The translations under genes and the position numbers were made by a program. The notes beneath the pieces are model-generated. The model saw nothing but the letters and a program-made list of their open reading frames with translations, searched no databases and was not told the origin of the DNA. This document shows positions 1 through 8,624 of a stretch of 52,628 nucleotides of DNA, one piece after another; within the stretch, counting starts at the first letter, position 1, and each line of letters begins with the position of its first letter. Source of the stretch: a bacterium (lineage in GTDB: Bacteria > Bdellovibrionota_C > UBA2361 > RFPC01); the NCBI GenBank assembly GCA_022763385.1, contig JALEGQ010000105.1, positions 1-52,628 on the forward strand. The letters run 5' to 3'.

Positions 1-179
1 CCATCATGAAGGGCGTCCCCGCAAAGCACACCGTCAGGATCTGTTAGTGCGGCACCTCGCGAAACCCCACCCCTACCGAGCCCACCCCTTTTCCCACCAG
101 CCACCTGACCTACACCCTCTCCCCGGAAGGCCTCCACCCCACCCCCCAAAAAGCCGCCAGCAACACCTAACCCCCCGTA

Positions 180-270
180 GGTGCCACGCACCATTGAATC
201 AGGAGAGGGAGGTGAAAGGAGGGAGTCTTCCTCAGTTATCGGTGATCTAACCCCTCTGGTGCGTGGCACC
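180..270. repeat. REP-like inverted pair: GGTGCCACGCACC (180-192) and its reverse complement GGTGCGTGGCACC (258-270), 65 nt apart, on the stop side of the RAYT-like gene
   Basis: Direct reading. The core is itself a palindrome with a 5-bp stem and 3-nt loop. The identical 13-mer recurs at 2465, 25161 and 38951, and near-identical copies lie at 1773, 1807 and 38983. Confidence 0.8.
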
Positions 271-440
271 ATTGGAGGAGGAATGGAATAGAAGGAGTGG
301 AAGGGGAGAGGTGAGAGTATTTTCCTCTCCCATTCGCAAGAAGAACCTTCTAAGGGAGGATTTGGCGGTATTTAGGGCAAGGGGAACCGTCTCGTAGCGG
401 GAAGCGAGCGGTTGGAGGGGAGTTGAGTAGGTGCCGAGCC

Positions 441-1610
441 TCAGAGATGAATAGCGACCTGCTTGGCGAGGTAGTTACAAGTGTTTGGAGGGGGAGGCTT
501 TATGGCACCAGGGGGCCACTTGACGGAGAAATCCCCGAGCTTCCACCGCTCGTAGCAGTAGGTGCACCGCTCACAGAAGAGGTCGTAGAGCTTTTTGAGC
601 TTCTCGCGGAGTTCCTTATGGACAGAGTGCACAACGAGACGTGGTGAGGGGGCGGGGATGTAGGAGAGGTCAATGGGCTTGAGGCAGAGTTGCTCTCTTC
701 CAATAACCAGCGGAGTTGGGGAGTCCAGAGAGATCTCAAGCAGCCGTTTTTTCTTCTTTAACTCTTCTTGAGCATGAGGTGAGAGCGGCGAGAGCTGAGA
801 GGCTGTTGCCTTGTCCTGCTCCGCCTGCTCAACCTCCTGCCTCATGCGCCGAAGCTTGTGCTCTCTTTTGTGTGCAGCCTCCTGCTCGAGCTCAGTGATC
901 TTTTGCAGGATGTCACCGTTTACCTCGTTTATCCCTTCCTGAGAGTCAATGCCGAAGGCCTTCATCCATCCGTTTGGTTGAACAGAGAGGGTGTGTACGA
1001 GGGAGGAGTGCCGAGAGGCTCTTTCTTTCCACCGGTCAGCCAGTGCTTCTCCCTGCTCCTCTGAGATGGAGCCAGCTGGGAGCTGAGAGAGGAATCTGGT
1101 GCGAATCCACGGAGTCTGAGAGGAGAACTCGGCGAGGAGCGGGGAGTTTGATTCCATCGCTGAGGAGAAGTGCTCCCATGAAGAGAACCCGGGATAGAGA
1201 GAGATGTCGTCAACATAGTCAGCACGAGCTGGGTTGGCGTAGAAGTATGCGATGGAGTGCTTTGCGGTGTCGATATCGTGAATAGGGAGGAGGGAGGCGG
1301 CGTTTCCCTTCCAGAGTGAGAGTGAGGACTGTCCGGTGAGCTTCTTAATGATCTCAGTGAGCTGCTTCTGAACTTCACCGTAGAAGCGGTGGCACTTTTC
1401 AGCATCGAGCGCGGTGAAGATCAAATGGAGGTGGTTTGGCATCCAGATGAAGTGGTGGATGATGATCTTCTTATCACGTTGAGCCCGCGCCATGACGCTC
1501 ATGAGGAGCGCGTTCATGTATTGGGTAGGGACAAATGGGAGTCCAAACTTTGTACGAATACAGAGTTCATACACCTGGCCTGCAAAAATCTCTCTTCGTG
1601 GTCTTCCCAT
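441..1610 (-). CDS. REP-associated tyrosine transposase (RAYT)-like HUH/Y1 transposase with a ~200-aa C-terminal extension
   Basis: 389-aa ORF with ATG and GGAGG 8 nt upstream. It carries the HUH motif NHLHLIF, the Tyr motif IAYFYANPARADYV (Y-x3-NP) and an N-terminal GQVYELCIRTKFG. No IS ends or tnpB are present, and REP-like repeats flank it on both sides. Confidence 0.7.
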   Translation of the reverse strand: MGRPRREIFAGQVYELCIRTKFGLPFVPTQYMNALLMSVMARAQRDKKIIIHHFIWMPNHLHLIFTALDAEKCHRFYGEVQKQLTEIIKKLTGQSSLSLWKGNAASLLPIHDIDTAKHSIAYFYANPARADYVDDISLYPGFSSWEHFSSAMESNSPLLAEFSSQTPWIRTRFLSQLPAGSISEEQGEALADRWKERASRHSSLVHTLSVQPNGWMKAFGIDSQEGINEVNGDILQKITELEQEAAHKREHKLRRMRQEVEQAEQDKATASQLSPLSPHAQEELKKKKRLLEISLDSPTPLVIGREQLCLKPIDLSYIPAPSPRLVVHSVHKELREKLKKLYDLFCERCTYCYERWKLGDFSVKWPPGAIKPPPPNTCNYLAKQVAIHL

Positions 1611-1762
1611 GACAAATACCTCCGTGTCGTGATTGGTGTGGAAGTGTGCTCACGCAATTTGTGTTCACATACTCAATCGTACAGAACCGGAAAAAGTTTC
1701 CTGATTTGTGGAAAAAGTTAGGGGAGGTTGGCGTGGAGGATGGTAGGTGATTGTTTTTTCTT

Positions 1763-1830
1763 GGGATCTGGCAGTGCCACGCACCAAGAGGGATCTGGGA
1801 TCTGGCAGTGCCACGCACCAAGAGGGATCA
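1763..1830. repeat. Two head-to-tail 34-bp units (1763-1796, 1797-1830), each containing a REP-like core AGTGCCACGCACC (1773-1785, 1807-1819)
   Basis: Direct reading: the unit gggatctggcagtgccacgcaccaagagggatct occurs twice, with the last base of the second copy differing. It lies between the RAYT start and the next gene. Confidence 0.8.
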
Positions 1831-1865
1831 GGGAGTTGACACCGGAGAGTTGAGGACAGGAGGTG

Positions 1866-2372
1866 TTAGTTGGAGTGGTGTTCCTTCCATTTCTCCATGA
1901 GGGAGAGGAGTTGTTCGGCTGATCTTCCGTAGGTGTCAGGGAGACCGATGTCCCATCCAGAGAGGGCTGAGGAGATTCCGGTTCGGAAGTTTGATGATTT
2001 TGAATGTGAGTTGAGTTTGATGCAGACGACTTTCATTCCCTGGCTGGGAGAGTGAATGCCGAACTCGGCTACATCTTCCCAGGTGATGGTTCTTTCTCGA
2101 AAAATTGAGCAAAAGGTGAAGCCAGTCGAAGAGAGCTCGAGAAAGCAGCCATTTGGGAGTAGCTGGAGGAGGCAGATGAGTGAGCCCACGGCAAAGAAAG
2201 CCGCGCCAATCAGGGCTGCTGCTCCGTTCATCCACGCCATTACGAGACAAAACACCGTAAATCCAAGACAGAGAGCAAGGAGAATTCCCCACTTGAAGGG
2301 ACTCGGCCTGAGAACAAGTGTGTTGTCGGGGTCTTCGGCGGCGGTGCCTTTTGAGATCTTTGTTTCTGACAT
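1866..2372 (-). CDS. Small membrane protein (two predicted TM helices plus a PH-like soluble domain), function unknown
   Basis: 168-aa ORF with hydrophobic stretches WGILLALCLGFTVFCLVMAW and LIGAAFFAVGSLICLL. It resembles STM3941/bacterial PH-domain membrane proteins, from memory only. REP copies flank it. Confidence 0.55.
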   Translation of the reverse strand: MSETKISKGTAAEDPDNTLVLRPSPFKWGILLALCLGFTVFCLVMAWMNGAAALIGAAFFAVGSLICLLQLLPNGCFLELSSTGFTFCSIFRERTITWEDVAEFGIHSPSQGMKVVCIKLNSHSKSSNFRTGISSALSGWDIGLPDTYGRSAEQLLSLMEKWKEHHSN

Positions 2373-2448
2373 GAGGGCGATGGTAATGCTTTGGTGATGG
2401 TGGTGTCAAAAGTGAGGAGAGGGATGGAGTGGGATGAAGTGTTTGGAA

Positions 2449-3822
2449 TTATTGGGTTTTTGAGGGTGCCACGCACCGGGGGAGGAGGTGGATGTGGAAG
2501 ATGTGGCGGGCGAGGAGGGTGATGAGGATCGCTTCGAGGAGGAAGGTGGTGGAGGTGGCGATGGCGGCACCGAGGGCTCCGAGAATTGGAATGAGGATGA
2601 GGTTGAAAAGGATGTTGCTGAAAAGAAGGGTGAGAATGAGAAGGGAGTGCATGCCGGGTCGGTTCCCCTGGAGAAGGAGGCCGGTGAAGGGGGTGATGAA
2701 GGAATTCATGAAGACTCCTCCGAGAAGTACGGCGAAGTAGAGGAAAGATCTCTCCAGTGCTCCTCCTGAATGGATAAGATAGAGGAGTACGGGATATCCA
2801 AGGAGGCCGAGGATTGAGCACCCTACCATAAGGGGCAGCATCATCTTTCGTACTTTTTCAGCAAAGGCTTCGATTTCAGTGGTTTCTTTCTTTGAAAAGG
2901 ATTCACCGAGAATTGGGTCGACGTTCCAACGCACCACGGAGGGAATCTGTTTTATTCCTTCGGCAAGGGTTGCCGCAAAGCTGTATATCCCAACAACGCT
3001 ATCTGTTGAGAAGGCGCCGAGCATGAGAATGTCTACTTTAGTGTTGAGTTCGGTGAGAATTCCACTTGCGGCTCCTCGATAGGCAAAGGTGAGGTGCTCT
3101 TCGAGAAGAGCGCCAGTCTGAATAAGCTTCCATTGGGAGAGGGGGAGAATGGCAGTTGCCACGTACCAGAGCAGGCCGAGGCAGAGAATAAGTTCTGCGA
3201 TGGGAAGAGCCAAGGCGATCTCTGCCGGAGATATAAGCATAAAAAGTCCGATCGAGACCCAAAGGAGGATGTTCAGGTAACGAGCCGCCTGGAATATTGC
3301 GTATGCCCGCATATGTCGGCTTCCGTTTACGACGGAGAGCAAGACTTTGTTTATTCCGTAGAAGAAGAGCCCAGGGGATATGTACCGAATGCCACGTCCA
3401 ACGTCCTCCGAATTGAGAAGGTGGCCGATCTGTGGAGCGACGAGGTACGCGATTCCAGATATAGCAATTCCCCATACGGTAACGAGGAGGAGTGCACTTG
3501 AGATGACTCTTCCTTGCTGAGGGGGATCGTCCTTGGCATACGATATCTTCTGTAAGGTCGAGAACTGTAGCCCACCAACTGCAAGCTGAGAGGCGATAAG
3601 ATAGAAGGCGAAGATCTGATTGAAGACCCCGAGATAGCGAAGCCCCCCGAACGATGCGAGAAGGATGTTCAGGAGGATCCCACTTGAGGCAAGTATGCCG
3701 AGACTGCCAAGGTTCCACAGGATGTCGTTGCTGAACTTCTGTTGCCCAACGTGGGCTCCGATCAGCTTATAAAATGTTTTCTGCAACATTGGTCGAACTA
3801 CTTTCCTCTCCTCGTCTGCCAA
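2449..3822 (-). CDS. MOP-superfamily polysaccharide flippase (Wzx-like)
   Basis: 457-aa highly hydrophobic multi-TM ORF typical of polysaccharide biosynthesis/export proteins. The longest start is TTG at 3822. An ATG at 3789, preceded by GGAGAGGAAAG, is an alternative. Confidence 0.8.
   Translation of the reverse strand: MADEERKVVRPMLQKTFYKLIGAHVGQQKFSNDILWNLGSLGILASSGILLNILLASFGGLRYLGVFNQIFAFYLIASQLAVGGLQFSTLQKISYAKDDPPQQGRVISSALLLVTVWGIAISGIAYLVAPQIGHLLNSEDVGRGIRYISPGLFFYGINKVLLSVVNGSRHMRAYAIFQAARYLNILLWVSIGLFMLISPAEIALALPIAELILCLGLLWYVATAILPLSQWKLIQTGALLEEHLTFAYRGAASGILTELNTKVDILMLGAFSTDSVVGIYSFAATLAEGIKQIPSVVRWNVDPILGESFSKKETTEIEAFAEKVRKMMLPLMVGCSILGLLGYPVLLYLIHSGGALERSFLYFAVLLGGVFMNSFITPFTGLLLQGNRPGMHSLLILTLLFSNILFNLILIPILGALGAAIATSTTFLLEAILITLLARHIFHIHLLPRCVAPSKTQ
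2465..2477. repeat. Solitary REP-like core GGTGCCACGCACC
   Basis: Exact 13-mer overlapping the last codons of the flippase ORF. Confidence 0.7.
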
Positions 3823-4375
3823 CGACCCGACACGGTACTCCTACGGCGATCGAGTAGGGAGGGATATCTTTGGTCACAACGGCCCCACTTCCAATGACCG
3901 AGCCTTTCCCAATTCTTACTCCTTTGGTGATCTGCACCCCAGACCCTATCCAGACATCATCCTCAACAACGATCGGGGCAACTTCAAACCCTTGGTCAGC
4001 AATGAGAGTGTTCGGGTCCTGAAATCCGTGGTCCGCTGTGTTGAGGCAGACATATGGTGCTATCCGGACTCCGTGGCCGAGTTGAATTCCCCCGGTTCCG
4101 TCGAGGAGTACTCCAAGATTCAGCGAGCACCGCTCCCCGATCTCGATTCGCCACGGAAAGATTACGGTGACACGCTCTGCAACGTAGGGGGAGGCGGTCT
4201 TACATCCAAAGAGCTTCAGTACCCAGTAGCGGGGATAGTTGAAGAAGGGGATGCTGATATTCTTAAACAGGCCGTACCCGGTGAAGTAGAGGGCGTGCAA
4301 GAGGCAGCTTGCGAGAGAGGTCATCTCTCGATTCGATATATGCTTGGTCTCCATCGCTTCCACGATAGCTTTCAA
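3767..4375 (-). CDS. Left-handed beta-helix (hexapeptide-repeat) sugar O-acetyltransferase, WcaF/WbbJ-like
   Basis: Hexapeptide repeats (VWIGSGVQITKGVRIGKGSVIGSGAVV). The start is uncertain: TTG at 4375, or ATG at 4354 or 4324. Confidence 0.8.
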   Translation of the reverse strand: MKAIVEAMETKHISNREMTSLASCLLHALYFTGYGLFKNISIPFFNYPRYWVLKLFGCKTASPYVAERVTVIFPWRIEIGERCSLNLGVLLDGTGGIQLGHGVRIAPYVCLNTADHGFQDPNTLIADQGFEVAPIVVEDDVWIGSGVQITKGVRIGKGSVIGSGAVVTKDIPPYSIAVGVPCRVVGRRGEESSSTNVAENIL

Positions 4376-4487
4376 CCCATCGAAATTCCAGGGGGCTTCC
4401 TCTCTCTTGGCGATTTGACGTCGAGTGGGTGTTCTTCATAGTATGCCTGGCGGATATGACGGGTCTTCTGGGATTAAAAGGGGCGGT

Positions 4488-5447
4488 ATGTACAGAGAGT
4501 GCTCGGTAGGGATTATTGTTCCTGCCTACAACGAAGAGCGGTTGATTGAGCGGACTCTGACGACGATGCCAGATTATGTCGATACCATCGTGGTGATTAA
4601 CGATTGTAGCCGCGATCGCACCCTCGAGATTATTCAGAAACTCCAACAGAGCGATTCACGAATCGTTCTGATCGATCACCCTGAGAACCGCGGTCTGGGC
4701 CAGAGCTTAATCGATGGATATGTCAGGTGTCGCGAGCTTGGCCTCGATGCCGTTGGCGTTATGGCGGGGGATGCTCAGATGAATCCTGCGGATCTCCCTG
4801 CGCTTCTCGATCCTATCGTGGAGGACCGAGCCGACTATACGAAGGGGAATAGACTCCTTCGTGAAGAGGTCTATAACCGAATGCCGAAGTACCGGTTCTT
4901 CGGAAATTCTGCTCTGACCTTGCTCACAAAATTTGCGACCGGATACTGGAGGGTGATTGATCCTCAGTGTGGTTATACGGTGATCGGAAAGAGGGCTCTT
5001 GCTACGATCCCCATTGAGTCCATGATTAAGGGATACGGATATAACGCAGATATTCTCAACATGCTGAACCTGAATAGTTTTCGAGTCGCTGATGTTGAGG
5101 TTGAGCCGGTATATGGAGAGGAGGTGAGCGGTATTAAGCTTTCGAGCTATGTTCCGCGGGTATCAAAGCTGCTGGTGAAACTTTTCTTGAAGCGTCTGCT
5201 GAAAAAGTATCTTGTACGAGAGTTTCATCCACTTGTCTTTCTCTATCTCTTTAGCTTCGTGCTTCTGGTACTCGTGGGAATTCCCTATACGATACGATTC
5301 CTCTTCTACTTCGGATCCACCGGCGTCGTTGATACCACGATGTTGATCTTTCTGTTAAATAACTTTTCAACCGGATTCTTCGCCCTTTTCTTCGGGATGT
5401 GGATGGATATGGAGGATAACCGGAGGCTTATCGGGCTGCGAGCCTGA
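4488..5447 (+). CDS. GT2 polyprenyl-phosphate glycosyltransferase (GtrB/ArnC/DPM1-like) with C-terminal TM helices
   Basis: IIVPAYNEE...VINDCSRD...GDAQM motifs and a hydrophobic C-terminus. The ATG at 4488 follows AAAGGGG, while the longest ORF starts at GTG 4425. Confidence 0.8.
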   Translation: MYRECSVGIIVPAYNEERLIERTLTTMPDYVDTIVVINDCSRDRTLEIIQKLQQSDSRIVLIDHPENRGLGQSLIDGYVRCRELGLDAVGVMAGDAQMNPADLPALLDPIVEDRADYTKGNRLLREEVYNRMPKYRFFGNSALTLLTKFATGYWRVIDPQCGYTVIGKRALATIPIESMIKGYGYNADILNMLNLNSFRVADVEVEPVYGEEVSGIKLSSYVPRVSKLLVKLFLKRLLKKYLVREFHPLVFLYLFSFVLLVLVGIPYTIRFLFYFGSTGVVDTTMLIFLLNNFSTGFFALFFGMWMDMEDNRRLIGLRA

Positions 5448-5454
5448 GAGCGCT

Positions 5455-7551
5455 TTATGCGGCGCAAAAGAGCGGTTTCATCTCGTTAATGCGCCGGATC
5501 GCGTGTTCGAAATCAACACCGATAAGGGCACAGTATTCGCGGATAGTGTCCCAGCGAGGGAGGTTTTCTCTGGTAATGAACTCGATTCCCTCTTCTCTTG
5601 AGATCTGTCCCTCTCGTATCTGGTTGCTTCGAAAGGTGTCATTTTCGGTGAATCCAGCAACGTTAAAGTAAATGTAGTTGTAAAAGCTTGCGGTTCCGTC
5701 ACCTATTCGCCAGGTGCTAGTGGTGTCTGAGGCGACTTCCCAGTCGTAGGTGTTGTTGAGCACACCCATAATCTCATTTTCTTCCCACTCTATGTATTGA
5801 AAGAGGAAGAAGTAATCGTGCGGAATGACGTAGTACGAACAGTAGGCAGCAAAGGTGTCGATGAGAGAGCTATTCCAATATCCCGGATTCGTCAGAAACC
5901 GTTTGCCGTAGTAGCCGGCTAGCTTTAGCTTGTCGAGGGATCGGAGCGTGATGGTGTTCTCTGTTCCAAAGAGTGGGGGGATGCCGGTAAAGCCCGTTTT
6001 AAAACTCGTCGTTTCGAGAAGGTTCTCGCAGAAGACGATCTTCTCTACTCCAGTCTCCTTCGCGAGGCGGTTGGCGTGGTAGTAGAAGTGTTTGTCTCCC
6101 GCCATAAAGAGCGGAATCATGCCGAGATCCGGTTTATTGAGCCACGCAGAGACATTCTTCCGGATATTTTCTCGCTTCCACTTAATATCTGCTGATACGA
6201 GGATATGCTCTACGCCAAGTTGTCCGCAGATGCGCGAGATGTTTCTCCGAGCGAGATCGGTAACCATTCCCCAGTCGTAGGTGTACGCAATCGGATTTAA
6301 TCCGAGCACTTCCTTGGCATAGTGTAAGCCATAGGTGCTATCACGTCCTCCACTGAGAGCAATACAACAGTCTGGTTCTCCGTTGTTCTTGCGGAAGGTT
6401 GCGACGTACTTTCCGAGCGCCTCTTCTCCCTTCAGCTGAATCTTCTGATAGTTTTCACAGTACGAGCACACTCCTGATGTGTTAAAGGTGATAAACGGCA
6501 TGGTTTCGGGCAGAACACATCGGGTGCACCGGCGAAGTTTTTGCACCGCTGTCGCTCTTTCTTCAACGTGTTGTTCAAATGACTGCGGAACTGGAGGCAG
6601 TACTCCGCGTTGAGGAGTGGAAGGGGGAGACTTTCGAGTGTTCTCTTGCGCGCCGTTGAAGAGGTCGCGGATCGTACGTCCGTTTGCGGATCTTTCAATT
6701 TCAAATTGTGCAGGAGATTGATGAAGCCGGTGCTGTTCTGGTGGAAGTTTCTTCGGATCGATGGAGAAGAAATAGTGATGGGGTGAGTCAAGGTCTATTA
6801 AGCATCCTTCTCCCGGTTGCACTCTTCGAATGGTTGGAAAGGCTTCATAGAGTCTTCTTCCTTCCTTCGACCGGAGAAAGTTCTTTAGTATGCTCTCTTC
6901 AGAAGCAAAAACAATTCGGGTGCTGTTTGGATCGATGGCAGCATAGAGCGAGCCGTTGTTTGTCGCGAGTAAAACTACGTTGAACTCTCGGAAAAGAGTC
7001 GCAATCGAGGCCGCTCCTTGTATTTCTTGAAAGGTGCGTCGCGTCGCTTCTTCAAGAGAGTTTCCTTCTTGATAGTGTTTTTCAATGAGAGCGAGAAGGA
7101 CTTCCGAGTCAACTTCCGAGCTTTTGGAGAGTTCCGGATGCTCGCTCCAGAGTGTCTCATCATTAACAATAATGCCGTTGTGAATACCGACGGTGTTCGA
7201 CGCAATTACCGGTTGATTGTTTTCGTGTACCGCTTGGGCTCCGTTCGTGACGAGACGACTGTGTCCAATCAGGGCGTATGATAGGCCCTCAGCGGATTTG
7301 CTGGTGCTTCCATTCGAAGAGAAGGCTGAGATGTGATCACGAAAGAAGTGGGAAAACTCCCGCTGTTTAATGAGGGTGCTTGCCGGATACGGTCTTTTCA
7401 GCACGCCAATCTCTTTTGGAGAAGAGATCGCAAGGCCGGATGCTTCACGTCCCCGGGATTCCGAAAGGAGGAGCAACCTCCGTACGGAGTCCTGAATGTG
7501 CTGAGGATCTATTGATGAATCTCGTTCTATGATTCCAAAGATTCCACACAT
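5455..7551 (-). CDS. Fusion protein: N-terminal class-II (Ntn) glutamine amidotransferase plus C-terminal N-acetyl-sugar amidotransferase (WbpG/WbuX/PseA-like PP-loop enzyme)
   Basis: The protein starts MCGIFGI (catalytic Cys2). The C-terminal half has CTRCVLPETMPFITFNTSGVCSYC and the PP-loop ALSGGRDS. Confidence 0.8.
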   Translation of the reverse strand: MCGIFGIIERDSSIDPQHIQDSVRRLLLLSESRGREASGLAISSPKEIGVLKRPYPASTLIKQREFSHFFRDHISAFSSNGSTSKSAEGLSYALIGHSRLVTNGAQAVHENNQPVIASNTVGIHNGIIVNDETLWSEHPELSKSSEVDSEVLLALIEKHYQEGNSLEEATRRTFQEIQGAASIATLFREFNVVLLATNNGSLYAAIDPNSTRIVFASEESILKNFLRSKEGRRLYEAFPTIRRVQPGEGCLIDLDSPHHYFFSIDPKKLPPEQHRLHQSPAQFEIERSANGRTIRDLFNGAQENTRKSPPSTPQRGVLPPVPQSFEQHVEERATAVQKLRRCTRCVLPETMPFITFNTSGVCSYCENYQKIQLKGEEALGKYVATFRKNNGEPDCCIALSGGRDSTYGLHYAKEVLGLNPIAYTYDWGMVTDLARRNISRICGQLGVEHILVSADIKWKRENIRKNVSAWLNKPDLGMIPLFMAGDKHFYYHANRLAKETGVEKIVFCENLLETTSFKTGFTGIPPLFGTENTITLRSLDKLKLAGYYGKRFLTNPGYWNSSLIDTFAAYCSYYVIPHDYFFLFQYIEWEENEIMGVLNNTYDWEVASDTTSTWRIGDGTASFYNYIYFNVAGFTENDTFRSNQIREGQISREEGIEFITRENLPRWDTIREYCALIGVDFEHAIRRINEMKPLFCAA

Positions 7552-7573
7552 AGCCCCTCGAAGCCTCTTCTAT

Positions 7574-8554
7574 TCAGCTATTTGCTGCTTTTTGGTTGAG
7601 AAAATAGTCTCGAGACCAGTCGATGGTGTATTTGAGTCCTGCCTCAAAATCAGTGAGGAAGTTCATCTTCAGATCTCGCTTGATCTTTGAATTATCGATA
7701 TCAAAGACTTTGATGTCTCCTGGAAGCCAGTCCCCGTACTGAATCTCCGGCTCGGCGATGTCGAGCTGTTGCGCCACGAGCTGCGCAAGCTCATTGATCG
7801 TAACCTTAATGCCTGAGGCACAGTTGTATACCTGTCCTTTGGTCCCTTCAGTAGTTGCTGCGGCGATATTTGCCTGAACAACATCTTCGACATAGGTGAA
7901 AGAGCGTTCCTGTGTCCCATCACCGAAGATAGTGATCGGCTGTCCGTGAAGGAATCGTCGAGCAAAGATAGAGACCACTCCGCCCACATCACTCGATTCC
8001 TGACGGGGACCGTAGATGTGAAAATAGCGAAGCATCGTGGTGTCGAGGTCGTAGAGATGGCTAAACGCGCGAGCATACTTTTCCCCGGCGAGCTTCGACA
8101 CGCCATAGTAGGAAGTCGGATCGAGAGGATGCTTTTCATCTTGAGGAAAGTACTGCGCCTCCCCGTAAACCGACCCGGTGGAAGCATGTACGAATTTCTT
8201 TACTCCGGTATCGCGGGAGAGCTCAAGAAGGTTGAAGGTGCCGCCAGCGTTTATTTCGAGGTCCCTTCGCGGATTATTGATGCAGATCGTCTTCTTAGAA
8301 GCCGCCTGATGAAAGACAACATCGACCCCTTGAAAAAGCTTAGTGAGGGCAGGAAGGTCCGTGATGTCACACTTCTCTTCTTGAAAGTTGTCGTAGCTTT
8401 TCAGATGAGCAAGGTTCTCATGTTTTCCGGCGAAGTAGTCATCAACACTTACCGTCTCGACGCCCATTTTGACGAGCTTTTCGACGAGGTGGCTTCCAAT
8501 AAAACCTGCCCCTCCGGTAACAAGGGCCTTCTGAAACGGAAAGTTCTTCTCCAT
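7574..8554 (-). CDS. NAD-dependent sugar-nucleotide epimerase/dehydratase (extended SDR)
   Basis: VTGGAGFIGSHLV Rossmann motif and YGVSK catalytic motif. The ATG at 8554 is preceded by AAGGAAG. The 51-codon upstream extension in the ORF track has no homology-like features. Confidence 0.85.
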   Translation of the reverse strand: MEKNFPFQKALVTGGAGFIGSHLVEKLVKMGVETVSVDDYFAGKHENLAHLKSYDNFQEEKCDITDLPALTKLFQGVDVVFHQAASKKTICINNPRRDLEINAGGTFNLLELSRDTGVKKFVHASTGSVYGEAQYFPQDEKHPLDPTSYYGVSKLAGEKYARAFSHLYDLDTTMLRYFHIYGPRQESSDVGGVVSIFARRFLHGQPITIFGDGTQERSFTYVEDVVQANIAAATTEGTKGQVYNCASGIKVTINELAQLVAQQLDIAEPEIQYGDWLPGDIKVFDIDNSKIKRDLKMNFLTDFEAGLKYTIDWSRDYFLNQKAANS

Positions 8555-8624
8555 GGTGCTTCCTTTTTGCGCGACGTACAACGGGGTGCATACTATCAGC
8601 TCAGGTGGTGAGCAGCAATAACGG

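Noticed and set aside
1-47. A possible 3' end of a + strand gene running in from the left edge (…KGVPAKHTVRIC, stop at 45-47).
   Set aside because: Only 14 complete codons are visible, which is too short to support any call.
258-270. The reverse complement of the REP core contains TGGCAC, the -24 element of sigma-54 promoters.
   Set aside because: In every copy I checked (258, and the reverse strands of 180, 2465 and 25161), no TTGC/GC element follows at the required spacing.
47-340. A strongly C-rich (+ strand) tract at ~60-180 and a purine-rich tract at ~270-340 flank the REP pair. ORF 47-250 and a possible extended palindrome were considered.
   Set aside because: The ORF translation is Pro/His-rich with no start context. 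Mirror alignment of the two arms around the REP pair gives only scattered matches. An 8-bp local hairpin at 304-331 is the only clear structure. I therefore treat this as compositional skew in non-coding DNA.
1763-1830. The tandem 34-bp direct repeat could be mistaken for a mini CRISPR array.
   Set aside because: Only two units are present and they abut without spacers. No cas genes are nearby. The units contain the REP-like palindrome found dispersed elsewhere.
3151-3171. The sequence ggcagttgccacgtaccagag resembles the REP unit ggcagtgccacgcaccaagag.
   Set aside because: It lies inside the well-supported flippase CDS (encoding WYVATA), needs two indels and a mismatch, and loses the palindrome. 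It is most likely chance, though a genome-wide search could revisit this.
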